A stretch of DNA of 64,000 bases from Tubiluchus corallicola (Eukaryota > Animalia > Priapulida). The stretch is taken from positions 386,494 through 450,493 of the forward strand of contig JAQGDQ010000170.1 of assembly GCA_030141605.1 (NCBI GenBank), in the 5' to 3' direction. Below the pieces are notes generated by a model, which saw only the letters and a program-made list of their open reading frames with translations, ran no database searches and was not told the origin of the DNA. Position numbers and translations under genes: made by a program. Of this stretch, positions 29,801 to 41,056 are shown piece after piece (positions within the stretch are counted from its first letter, which is position 1; every line of letters begins with the position of its first letter).

Positions 29801-32800
29801 TTTTTGAAACGTAGTGCTTGGCTTCAAAAGTGGTTTCACTTTGTGATTTAATAAGCTACCAATATTAAAAAGTTCAACTTGACTGTGAACACCAAATACC
29901 CAACAGCAGTTACCAAGATTCTATATCCTATAAAACCTATTCTAGTACTTATTAACCTGGCTATTACTGACCAACAAAAATTAACCCAAAGCGTTCTAAT
30001 CTCGGTGCTTCTTGTTGAAGCCCAACTGACTCATACATTTTCAGCGTCTCCATTTTTCATCGATTCACTAGCCTCTAACTTAATTGTTGCTGAGTATAAA
30101 CAACTATGATTTATTAATTCTGGCTTTCTTACTCATTATCTAGTCAGCGAGGCATTGATAACTGCCAGTTCATTTAAACAGCCTTTTATATTTTGTCAAT
30201 TTCCAGTGCACATTTTAAGTACAGGCTAACATAGTGGAAATATTATTTTTCAGTTGCGTAACTCTTTAGCTAATCCACATTAAATAAAGTTTCCACAGAA
30301 TGAAATTAGCTTCATCAGTTCCTCAGTAATATCTCACCAGCATTATGTTCACGCAGTCGGTTTGCAGTGTCCAGGTCTGATCCATACACAACAGAACCAT
30401 CTATGTATGCAGTGATTTGATTTAGTTGCTCCCGGGGACCTAAAGCAAAATAAATGTTTTCAAGACGTTTTGGTGTAGCCTTAAGACTAACGCAGGAAAA
30501 TTTCAAAAGAAGAAATAAAAACGCAAAACAGTTTTGCGAATCAAATGCTGCTTCAAAAAATTGCTTTGGCTGCCTAGTAAAACGTCAAACGATTACAAAA
30601 TAATTTAAAACTAAATTTTTTAGCGTTTCTTACTATTACACGTTTTAATTGCCAAAGCGGGACAAAATTTAACATGCTTCTGTTACCTGTTTCACACTGT
30701 CCGGGCATTGAACGAACTATTGGGATACATTCAAAATCTGGTTTACCACCGTAGAAAGGATCGTTCTCATCTACATCAATTGAATAACATTTGTCACTGG
30801 GCTGCATTCCAGTCTCGTCGAGTGGACAGCATGCAACTGCAAAATCCAACATTTTTTGTCAAATACCATATAATATAACGTTTTTGTATTAAAAACAAAG
30901 AATAAATAAAAATATAAAACTTAAAAAATAAAAAGAAAAATACGAGAATGGATTTATAAATATCGTACAATGTGTCATATCATTAACCGTGCCTATAGTA
31001 AAAGACTTACACTGCTAGATGGCAAGTGCAAGAAATGTGCGAGAACTACGAGTGTAATATAGTGAATTAAAATATAAGTATTTAAAATACAAATAAAATT
31101 ATAGCATACAATAAAATGTACATGCCCAAGAATACTAATTACCAAAACGATTATAACAATGACAATAGTTCACTAGTTCAACAATTTGTATTTTTAAGAT
31201 TCCGTTTTGCGCCCCACTGAGGTCAACGCCCTAAGCGGCTGCCTAATTTGCTCAATGGTAGCACCGGCCCTGACCACGTATACTGTAACACAACAAATAA
31301 ATTGCAATTTTGTTAACGGAAGTGTGAAATTCTCGGGGAATATTACTGTTTTGATAAATTCCTAAAATTTGATTACTTGCATACATTATTTTATACAAAT
31401 CCATTATAATTATTGCATAAATTTGTTAAATGTTAAAAAGTTATACGTACGACCTGGATCGTCATAAGTTGGTGTGTGGGTGATATCGTGGTCCAAAAAC
31501 TGTCCCCACTGCATCAAAAACAGGGAGTCATCTTCAGTGAATGTTACATCGAGGCCATGGTATGTAACAGATATCTTGCGAGCATTCGGAAGAGCTTCGC
31601 TATTGCCATCGCTCAGTTTTCTACAACGCGGTTCACTTACTTTAATGAAAATAGAAAGATATTTGTTAAAACTTCGATTGGGGCAAGCCTGTGCAAAAGC
31701 ATTTTCCTACAGTAAAGTAAGCTGATAATGTACCGTGAAGCATTTAAAGGATTTAATATTGTTGTTCTTGTTATTGTCGTTGCTGTTGTGTTGGTGTCGT
31801 TATCGTCGTTGTTGTCTAGCATAGACTAGGTTGGCATATGTACTTAGGCCCATAATTATACAGTTTACAACTTACTTCCATCACAGTAGTCTGCCTCAAC
31901 TTGCCTGCGGTAAGCCATCACAGCTTGTCCCCAAGTCGGATTATTGATATTGTTACATGATCCATCGTATGTTCTATATTAATTTGATAGAAAATTTTTA
32001 TTACGGTGAAGTTTACATTCATTAGCAATTATCAGTTAAAATATAGTACAGATGAAAAGTTCCAACGTCAGGGAAATAACTTTTCAAATCCAAGCGTGTA
32101 AAATTAAGCTAACGTATGATTTCAATTCAGTGGTGTTTTTTTTACCTGTACCGGCTAGTTGCTGCTTCAGTACAATCTAAGCTAGGGTTACAATCTACGG
32201 TGGCTTTGAGACTAATACCAAATGCGTCCTCTGTTCCTCTGAAAAAAGAATCAATTAGTTTGCGAGAAAAACGTTTTCGAGGAGCAAATCGCGAATAAAG
32301 TGGGAGAATTTTTTGCAAATTAAGCTTCAAAGCGTTGAGCACAGGCTATGAATTTTGTTTTCTTTCTCAGATTTGGTTTACTTCGTACTTTACAAAAGTT
32401 TAGCTTATTGAAAAACTACTACATCAACTACAGTTTGTTTAGGCTTAGAGTTTTCACGACAGCCATAGTGAAAAAAATTTCTACGACAGAATTTTCCAAT
32501 TGATAGCAGTCCAAAATGAAGTTACCAACAACACTTCTGAAAAATCATTATTTTAGAAGCCAACGTAGCCAATAACAAGCCAAAGGGACTCGAATTCCCA
32601 TGAGCTATCATGTCCGAGCAACTTCAGCCCGTTGAGCTCTGTTTCCTATTGCTGTAATCAAGGATACCTTGTTCAAAAGCACTACGACCATTAAAATTTA
32701 AATTAACAAATTTTCACGAAACTTTTCACGAAAATTTTCAGGTAAAATATATATTTTCCACATGCCTTTTAAATTAGAAGTACCTAGCCTCTATCTAAAA

Positions 32801-35699
32801 ACACATTGTCTGTGCTATGAGCTGTTTATTTAGAGTGCAATAAATATTCTCACTGTGAGATAAGTATTCTTGTGGTCTCCAGGGCTATTTCAGCAAGGAT
32901 TGATCTTCCCTTTGATTTATCACTGGCTTTGTGAAATTTTTTCGACTTTCTCGCCATTGGACATTCCAAGATATTTCCTACCATAAGAATTAAATTGTTA
33001 ATTTATCGCCAAAGGATAGCTATATATAAAGAGTTTGTGCAGTTATACTCGGAGGGCACAATTTATTTAACTTTCACAATTTTGTTAATGTCATTTAAGG
33101 TCCTTTTTCAGTTATAATAAAAATTGAAATGCGCCTAACGGCATATACACAAGCGCTCGACTTAATCCTAATCTGCATCCAAATCTGGCGACAGCATATA
33201 GGTCCAGAATTTTCTGAACTTACAACAGTTGTTTCATGCTCTAAAATCATTATAATGTATCGTTTTTTGCGGCAATGAATGATCCATAGCTCTTTCGCGC
33301 GTTCCGCAACCGGACGTTAATGATGCATTATTATGTAATATACACCAACTGGTCAATACTATTTATTGTATTTTATCCGATTTTGTAACTTAAGGGTGCT
33401 TCATAAGTCAGTATTAACTGTATTTTTTTTGTTTTTCTAGCAAACAAAGCAAAATGTTTGAAAATTTGTACAGATGAACTAGAAGCTTTGGCAATTCTGT
33501 TGGTAAAGTTAGACGAAATTGAAAAGAACTACTGTACTAGTAGGCGTTCCTATTTTCGCCACTTTTTTCAAAGCACTCTTCTAATAATTTTGCAACTGAT
33601 TTTGCGAATTGATTTTGTCACTCTGGAAATAACACATGCATTTCCAACATCAGCACAAGCATTTGCAGTTAAATGTCTTCACTACACATTCTAATCTTAC
33701 TTCGAGTTCATGAAAGTGTCCTGGTCTTATTTTGTCTGATATACAGCCTTGTAAAAAATGCTCTGTGTCAAATCTGTCAAGTCCAAAACTTTCAGTGGAA
33801 ATAGTTTCGATCAGAAACTAATCCAGTGGCAAGTCGGATACCTTACTTTTGTGAGGAAAGTCCACCACAGTTCGCGAGTAGTGAGGAAGGGCTGTATTTT
33901 ATTGCTAAATTACATTGTTAATAGTGAGAGCATGTTGTGTTCCATAATTTTTTTTATGCTGTTCTGAATTTCCGATTCAAATGGAGCACTAGTGTTTATG
34001 GTCCCTTGACTTCCTGTTACTGTAGAATTAGAATTACTGTATTAGATTCGTACAAACCTGTTCGTTTGCTACTTGTAAAGTGGCGTTGCGAAGTACGATG
34101 GGCGACGTTAACTCTGGCTTGCTGTTCTATCCTTTCTATTTCCTCTTTCTTTCGCTTGGCGTTGATGATGCCAAAAACGGAACACCCCAGGATGACAAAA
34201 AAGAGCACCCTGTTAAGTCAAAAGGTAAATTCCAGTCGAAAGATAAGCAAACCTCTTAAAACACAGAGACTAGATGCACGCATAAAGGTAATCTATACTA
34301 CGTATTTATTATTCCAAAAATTATTTTAGTAGATGACATTGCAGATCGCGTGAAAACTTGGGATTATTTCCTAAGCAAATAAAAACCGAAAAGCGTTATA
34401 ATGCTGCGATTCCATTGCCATCTTAGACGAGTGCTATATAAAATGGTGCCAACTGAAATTATTTTCATTGTTTATTATTACACTTAAGTGTATTACACGG
34501 GGTACTCATGAGCTAGTGAACATGAGTGGCGAATATTCAAATGAGGAAACGAATGCAAGTAATATTATGTCGACCTTTAAATGAGCCTAAACAGCCGAAA
34601 TGATTATGTAGTTAGTTTTTCGCAGTCAAAGGAGTGCTAAACTGAGACATTAATAAAGTCAGTTAAATGCAGTGATAAAACATTTCATGTCACCTTATGC
34701 AAAAACTCAGGACAACATGATTTCATAACTACTCAATTAACATAGTAAAAGATAACGTATTAAATCGAAAAGAAAGAGCAAAGCCCAACAATCTGACATA
34801 ATATGTTCAGAATGGGGAGTTCCTGTGGGCCCTATATCTTTTGCACTAACATCTTTGGCCCTTTGTTATTCATTATGGCGCGTTCAGATGTAGAGATTTT
34901 TCTTGCAATTTGTTGAGCGCTTCTCTCTGAGAGTAAAGTCGCACGTGTGAACGGTTTGGCAACTTTCCCCGCAACTTATAGAAAAACCAGCGAAAGTTTA
35001 TCAGAGTTAACTTGCTCAATAAGTTGCGGAGAGAAGTTGCCAAGCCGTTCACACGTTGTAACTTTACTCTCACAGAGAAGTTGCGCAACAAATTGCGAGA
35101 GAAGTTGCCAAACGTTCACACGTTGCAAGTTTGCTCTCAGAGAGAAGTTGCTCAACAAGTTGCGAGAGAAGTCTCTACGTCTGAATGTGCCATTAGATAC
35201 TTACGCAGCATTCGAAAAGCAATGCAAAATAGATGCACATAACGCACTACGCAGACATCTCTACAAATAGTAAACATCCAGGAGCACCCATAGGAAACCA
35301 TATACCGTACAACTAAAAGCCAAACTGCTATATCGCAAAAATCGTACGTAACTAGTCATTAGATCAGTAGTCCTGTAAATTTAATTTTCATTTATTTGTA
35401 GCATTATAGCTCTAAATAACTATCAGTCTAACAAAAGTTTTACTGCTTTAGTGGAAACATTGACATAATAGTTAGTTATGGGCACTGCATTTCATTTTTA
35501 GTCATCAAGGTAAAATAAATCTGTAATTATATGCAAACGAGATCAAAGGCGTAGTAAAACTCCAATAATTTTTATCATGCACTCTAAGTAATATGTGACA
35601 AGAACGTGTGAAATTTCTCGTGTTATTGCAACCCAAATGATAAACAAGTTGTTTGCTAAATAAATTTAGGTAAACAACTACGTACCTTCGAATATTCAT
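23815..35699 (-). CDS. Secreted animal heme peroxidase (peroxidase-cyclooxygenase superfamily, MPO/LPO/peroxinectin-like), paralog A, 16 coding exons, 696 aa
   Basis: Manually spliced GT-AG exons (5'->3'): 35686-35699, 34058-34209, 32854-32977, 32146-32238, 31876-31973, 31451-31639, 30687-30836, 30338-30439, 29612-29722, 27514-27674, 27058-27200, 26539-26712, 26019-26144, 25744-25851, 25156-25313, 23815-24002. Total 2091 nt, open frame ending in TAA. Signal peptide MNIRRVLFFVILGCSVFGIINA. Motifs: YRTYDGSCNN..PTWG, MQWGQFLDHDIT (distal Gln/His, heme-ester Asp), REQLNQITAYIDGSVVYGS (Ca2+ loop), GDERANEQ..FLREHNR (distal Arg, heme-ester Glu), TAAYRFGHS (proximal His), DLSAINIQRGREHG, IDLFPGGLAE, GPTFSCIIGRQF..GDRYWY, TLAGVICENT. 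Confidence 0.93.
24400..24605. repeat. Degenerate (AAAC/GAAT)n microsatellite in the last intron of peroxidase A
   Basis: Same type as 560-1010. Confidence 0.6.
28300..28925 (+). mobile_element. Degenerate 3' fragment of an RTE-clade non-LTR retrotransposon in intron 9 of peroxidase A
   Basis: VVISILLYGCKTWTL resembles the post-RT LLYGxETW motif. LCR*IFQARIVFLRHQRRH (about 28795-28857) resembles the RTE C-terminal CxxCxRxFxARIGLxSHxRxH finger. The fragment ends in a GAAC tandem tail and contains stops and frameshifts. Confidence 0.65.
31205..31272 (-). mobile_element. Short hAT-like terminal fragment
   Basis: GC-rich island in an AT-rich intron ending ...GGTAGCACCGGCCCTG (CAGGGCCGG on minus strand), a common hAT MITE terminus. 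Confidence 0.3.
34876..35192. mobile_element. PIF/Harbinger-type (Tourist-like) palindromic MITE in intron 1 of peroxidase A
   Basis: TGGCGCGTTCAGA...TCTGAATGTGCCA inverted ends flanked by TTA on both sides (34873-34875, 35193-35195). Arms are about 100 nt inverted repeats, and the right arm carries a ~60 nt internal duplication. Confidence 0.75.
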
Positions 35700-35783
35700 C
35701 TTGATATGCTGTCCTGAAAGAAAGAGTGTAGTAGTTTCTAAAGTTACCAGACCTTGTCTCGCGACACATGTTAGCTGGTCCCG

Positions 35784-35840
35784 TTTATACCTACATATTA
35801 TTTACATTTTGCTATATGTTTGTCCTAAAAGCAAGTAAAC
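35784..35840 (-). promoter_or_regulatory. Core/proximal promoter of peroxidase A (TATAAA plus block conserved with paralog B)
   Basis: TATAAA at 35784-35789 (minus strand). The adjacent ACATTTTGCTA..TTGTCC.AAAA block is also present upstream of paralog B. Confidence 0.5.
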
Positions 35841-37199
35841 TAAAACTATATGTCAGGGACCCTACTGATCCAATGTGTGGGATTTCAGAAAGAGGAAATT
35901 TAGTACAATTTTAGTCTCCAGTTCAGTGTGCAGAGACAAATGTTACCATTTTGTAACTCGATACCGATTAAAATATGCTTGATGGAGTTACTTAAATACG
36001 CATAAAATATCTGTCTGATCTGCAAATACGTCTGGAATACGCCCCATCGTGAATGCTAAAATTTGCATTATTGAATAGCAAATAAATGATAGCTCCGTTA
36101 CATTCCGAACGTGTCATTTGGCGATTAAAGCCTTGAGACTATCACGTACGACTCAAAGTTTACTAGTACGAGATCTTCCTCTTTCACAAGTATAATGTCA
36201 CACTAGAAACCATTTGGTAACTTTTACTGTAACAGCGTAACTAATGACGGTATCAGGTTCCAAAAAGAAAGACCCCTGTCTGCAAATGCTCACAATGCCC
36301 AAAAACTAGTATTGTTGTTACATTAATAGTTAGACTGAAATGAAATTTCAGATGTACTAATCATTTGAATCCCCTAAATCTCCAGTGAGTCAGTTCGTCT
36401 ATCTTCTTGTACCTTGATTTTACCTTCGTGTTCTTGGATATGAAGGTTTGAAAAATGTTTTTGATTACATGAATTTCCATTCATTTTTATCCATTCTGAT
36501 ATTTGTATTTTGTTTTGTAGTTCCCAACGCCATTGTAACTCGTCTCGACACAGACCTTCATATGGTACCATCTGCTTTCCAAGAACTTCAATACATATGC
36601 AGCTGGACATTCATAGAAATAACACCCGATCTGCCAAAACAGGATTGCTCTGCACACGTCGAATGCTTTTTCAATAATTATGCCCATACTCTCTAACTAG
36701 AGCTGATACAAAATAGTCATTATACCATTGACAAGAGCTAGTATATAATATATCAACTCTAGCAATAATACGTATATCAACTCTTTTCTACCTCTACTTT
36801 CCTCATGAGTGAAGCATTAAATAATAGTATTGCAAATAGCAGCAGCTCGCTTTCACAAGTGCATGGAAATCTAAGATCTCATTCTTCTCCAGTATTTATA
36901 TCAAGCGCCGTAACAAATGTAGATAAATGTCAAGGATGCAAAGCGACTTTGAATGTGCTGTAAGAATTGTGAATACTACCGGGTCTGTGTCAATTGTGCG
37001 TTGAAAAACGTCCAGAGTCTGTCAAAAGTCAACATATAAACGTTTTACGAATCTACTAGTGAACATAGCAACTGCTCGCGCATGTTTTTCTGTCAGACTT
37101 GTGTTGGCCATGAAACAGCGTAAAACAGACTTTTTCGGATCACCTGACCAACAACACAAAAAAGCGGCGAGTTGTACTTTAAAATACTGAATTTGGAAA

Positions 37200-37700
37200 T
37201 ACAGTTTATGAGCTAAGCTCACGGTTGAACGAATTTAAAGCAAGTTTGGACATTGGCCCCAGATGTATAAGCTGGAAAACATGATGCTGGGCCTCTGGCA
37301 ACTGTGGTTCAAAGCTCTGTGAAATCCGCAGTAAAGAGCAAGGAACTAAAAAAGAACTAACACATTCTGGGTTAGCAGAAAGGCCTGGAGTTTCGAAGTT
37401 ACAGAAAAGGATGACGCAGGGCACATTTTTGCGTGTTTTAGTGTGCGAAAGAATGGTGCTGTGCAAAAACACGTTCAGTACTCAGAGGGTCCCGGTTAAC
37501 TGTGCACTAACCCGGTTAAGAAATGCGAACCAAGATTTGGGATTGAATAAGTTAATGCTGCCAATGTCAAGTAGCAGTAGCTTGTACATTTTGAAATGAA
37601 AGAACTCGATGAGGCAAACTGAGTGGTATGCGTCACACCCATCTCTGACCCCTGGGTTACAGGTTAAACCTAGCAAACTCCAGTTTTAGTATCTTGTGGC
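37200..37700 (+). mobile_element. Possible degenerate LINE (CR1/L2-like) ORF1 remnant
   Basis: Frameshifted peptides VVQSSVKSAVKSKELKKN*HILG/LAE..., TRL..., YASHPSLTP resemble the ORF1 pattern NIIIxGLxE...RLG...IxPDLT. Confidence 0.3.
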
Positions 37701-37885
37701 ATACTAAATGCAAGGACCAAATGAGACAAATTCAGTGGTGTACACTGACAAGCAGGCAGTTGACCCTTGACTGAGGGATGACGGATCAAAAAGTGACAAG
37801 CTTGATATAATTAAAACTATGTACGTAAATATTGTCAATTATTTTGAAAACATATTTTATTTGTAAACACGAAACAAAAGCTGAC

Positions 37886-37932
37886 GGCCTAAAATCCAGT
37901 CTCCCGTGACAGAAGCAGAATCTTACCACTAT
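37886..37932 (-). mobile_element. tRNA-Asp-like SINE/pseudo-tRNA relic
   Basis: Minus strand ATAGTGGTAAGATTCTGCTTCTGTCACGGGAGAC resembles the D-arm/anticodon region of tRNA-Asp(GTC). The T-arm is degenerate. Confidence 0.3.
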
Positions 37933-38165
37933 TTTCGACGACTCAAAAACGTTCACTACTAATAATCATTTTTCTGTCTTCATCGACTATAGCTGTCTGA
38001 TTTTTGGATATTTGCATACACGACCCCTGATTTCTCCGCAACTTATGTTGATAAGAAATCTCCGTTAAATTTATGAGGTACAACACGTGCACATTAACAC
38101 AAATTTTGCAGTATGGAACGCCATATGAATTTAATCATTTTATATATTGTGTATTATACTGCTTG

Positions 38166-40361
38166 TTAAGATTTTGCAATAGCAAAATTTTACTGTTTTT
38201 CATTGTGTTATTCTTATTTATTTATTTATTCTTATTTATTCTCCACAACTTTAACGCTTAATAACTCCTAAACCTTGAAAGCTAGGGTCACCAAACTCGG
38301 AGCGTTGGTAGCCCTGGGTTGGGGACGTACAACAGTGTGGTGACGAGTGGCCATTGTAGCATATCAAATGAAAGGCCTCGATGAGGCGGATCAAATAGCA
38401 TAAGTTACAATGAGAATAGTTAATCTGCGACCCCGCTAGGGGGCAAAATGGGGGTCGAGGATGGTATAAGTTATGTCGAATCAAACCGAATGGTATAAGT
38501 TATGCCGAGACTGGTTGATCTTTGACCCCAGTAGGGGGCAAAAACCGAAAAATGGGGGTCGGAAACAGAAATACATCGAGTGTCCACAAATAGTACCAAG
38601 TAGCACATCAAATGAAATGTCTTGATAAAGCGAATCGAACGGTATAGGTTACAGTGTGAATTGTTAACCTGTGAACTAGTTAGGGGCAAAATTGGGGTCG
38701 AGGACAAATGCCTTACAGGGTCTACCAAAAGTAACTTGTTGTAAAAAGTAAATGAGAGGTCTCAGTGAGACTAACTGAATGATATAAGTTACGCTAAGAT
38801 TGGCTGACCTTTGACCCATGGGTGAGAGTCTAAACAGTTACATGTTGAGGTTTCATTGAGAAATGCACTTCCTATGTATTCAAGCAGGGTGGAAATAATA
38901 ACTTTCAAGCAAAGGCTGTCATCTCTTCATTTTTAAGGCTCAATATCATAACTATTGTTTGCAAAATCTTCAGTTTCTGTACACGTCAGAAACATTGTCA
39001 ACTAGTTTATTTTTATTTATTCCTCGCAATTTTAATCCTTAATAAGCCTTGCAAGTTAGCGTCACCAAACGCACAGGGTTGGTAACCCTGGGCGGGTACG
39101 TACAGCAGTGTGGCAACCAGTGACCATTGGTCAAGGGGGAAAGGGCAGTGGGCTTCCTGTCAGTTTTTTTCTTTAGATCGTATCTTCTCCTAGGCCTTTC
39201 GATTTTTCCAATTTTTTTTTCACAAGTATTTCGGTACTGTGGAGTAGATGTGCACCTGGGGTTTTAAAAAGCTGGCAAATTTTAAACACTCGAGCGAGGG
39301 GCCAAAATACAAATTTGGGGTCCCCCAATTGGTGGCCTTTTATTTGCTGAGAGCTAGGGAGACAAAACTCACATGGTACACTTTGGGCAAAGTTATCTGT
39401 GTATATATGTGACCCGAGTTGCCGGGTCAAAAGTCACGGAGCGGGCGGGTCTTCATTTATTTTTCTTTAGGATCCATCTGTGTCCATAGTTTTTGAGCTG
39501 GGGCGACAATATTTCGTATGTGGTTAGGTGGGGCCAGGTTTTTGGATATGGCAGAATATTGGTCATTTGGTGGGGGAAAAATTTTCCGCTAGGAGGCAAC
39601 TGAAAAATGGGGGTTGAGAGTAGAAATGCATCAAGTGTCTTGGAATATTACCTTGTAGCACATCAAATGGCAGGTCGTGATGAGAGGGTCGAACGGCATA
39701 GGTTACAATGAGAATAGCTAACCCGCGACCCCGCTAAGGGGCAAAAACTGAAAAATAGGGGTCGGGAACTGAAGTGCACTGAGTGTTGAGCAATGATACC
39801 TTGTCGCATAACAAATGAAAGGTCTCGAGGAGGCAGATCAAATGGCATATGCTGTAACGAAAATAGCTAATCCGCGATCCCGCTAGAGGGCAAAAACCAC
39901 AAAAATGAGTGCCGGGAACAGAAATGCATCGAGTGTCTACTAATAGTACCATGTAGCATGCCAAATGAAAGGTCTTGATGAGGTGAATCAAATGATATAA
40001 GTTACAGTGTAAATCGTTAACCTGCGACCCAGTTAGGGGCAAAATATGGGTCGAGGAGACAAATGGCCTCCAGGATCTACCAAAAGTAGGTTGTTGTATA
40101 TCAAATGAAAGGTCTCATTGAGACAAACTGGGTGATATAAATTATGCCAAGGTTGTTGACCTTTGACCCGTGGGTGATGGGCTTAACAGTTAAATGCTGA
40201 GGTTTCATTATGAAATGCACTTTCCATGTATTCAAGCAACTCAATGAGAAAAATAAGCACTTTCAAAAAAGGCAGTATCTCCTCATTTTTAAAGCTGAAC
40301 GTTATAACTATTGTTTGCAAAATTTTCAGTTTCTGACCTCGTCAGAAACATTGTCAACTAG
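38166..40361 (+). mobile_element. Non-autonomous Helitron/Helentron-type (HINE/DINE-1-like) element, head-to-tail dimer
   Basis: 5' subterminal AAGATTTTGCAA (38168-38179) is inverted at TTGCAAAATCTT (38959-38970) and 40315-40326. A (TTAT)n-like tract lies near the 5' end. Two homologous bodies (about 38240-39005 and 39006-40361) each end in hairpin + CATTGTCAACTAG (perfect TTTCTGAC-ctc-GTCAGAAA at 40330-40348, CTAG at 39002 and 40358). Internal repeats contain ATCAAATGAAAGG. Confidence 0.7.
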
Positions 40362-40880
40362 TTAGTTATTATTTATTGACCTTACGTGGTTTGTTATTTG
40401 TTTTGCATGAACTAATGTATTTTTATATAAGCTTCATTACTTTTTTGGCTTAGTATGATTCTTATATACTTGATTTTGATATGATTATGATAAATATTAT
40501 ATTCTTAGCTTAATTTGCAAAATTATGGAATTTGTAAATCATTAATTTATCATCATCATTAATGTATTGATAAAATATATTTGGGCGCTACAGTTAATGT
40601 TAGTAATTAAATGTTGTTTAAACCATAATAATTTCATTCTCGAAACGGTTGATGTGATGCTCCCGTCAATTTTTTCGCTGGCTACGATGAAGTATGTATG
40701 TTGCTATCTGAATCAAGGCACAGTACTTTAACGTCAATAAACTTATGAGATAACTTCGTCCGGTGCAAGTGCCCCAATATACGCGAAAATGTTTTTATTA
40801 ACTAGAATTTGTCACTATATTATTGTCAACAAACTGATTTTTGAAAAAACCGAACGACAAAATCGTATTTCCCAAAGCAA

Positions 40881-40886
40881 TTTATT
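40881..40886 (-). promoter_or_regulatory. Candidate polyadenylation signal of peroxidase B
   Basis: AATAAA on the minus strand about 170 nt downstream of the stop codon. Confidence 0.4.
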
Positions 40887-41056
40887 AACCTAGTAATAAC
40901 AAAACACACATCGGAAACGATAGGCAACCTTCCAAGTTGTCCAAACTGCTAACCCATTCCTTCTAACCAGAAAACAAATTTCAACAATAAAATACAGCAA
41001 AATTAATCGCATTTGTAAAACTGTTATATTTGAAGTCAAGCACTACTCTAATGTTG

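Noticed and set aside
38350-40200. CRISPR-like recurrence of ATCAAATGAAAGG motifs
   Set aside because: Eukaryotic context, degenerate units, intervening sequences homologous to each other and no cas genes. Explained as internal repeats of a Helentron-like element.
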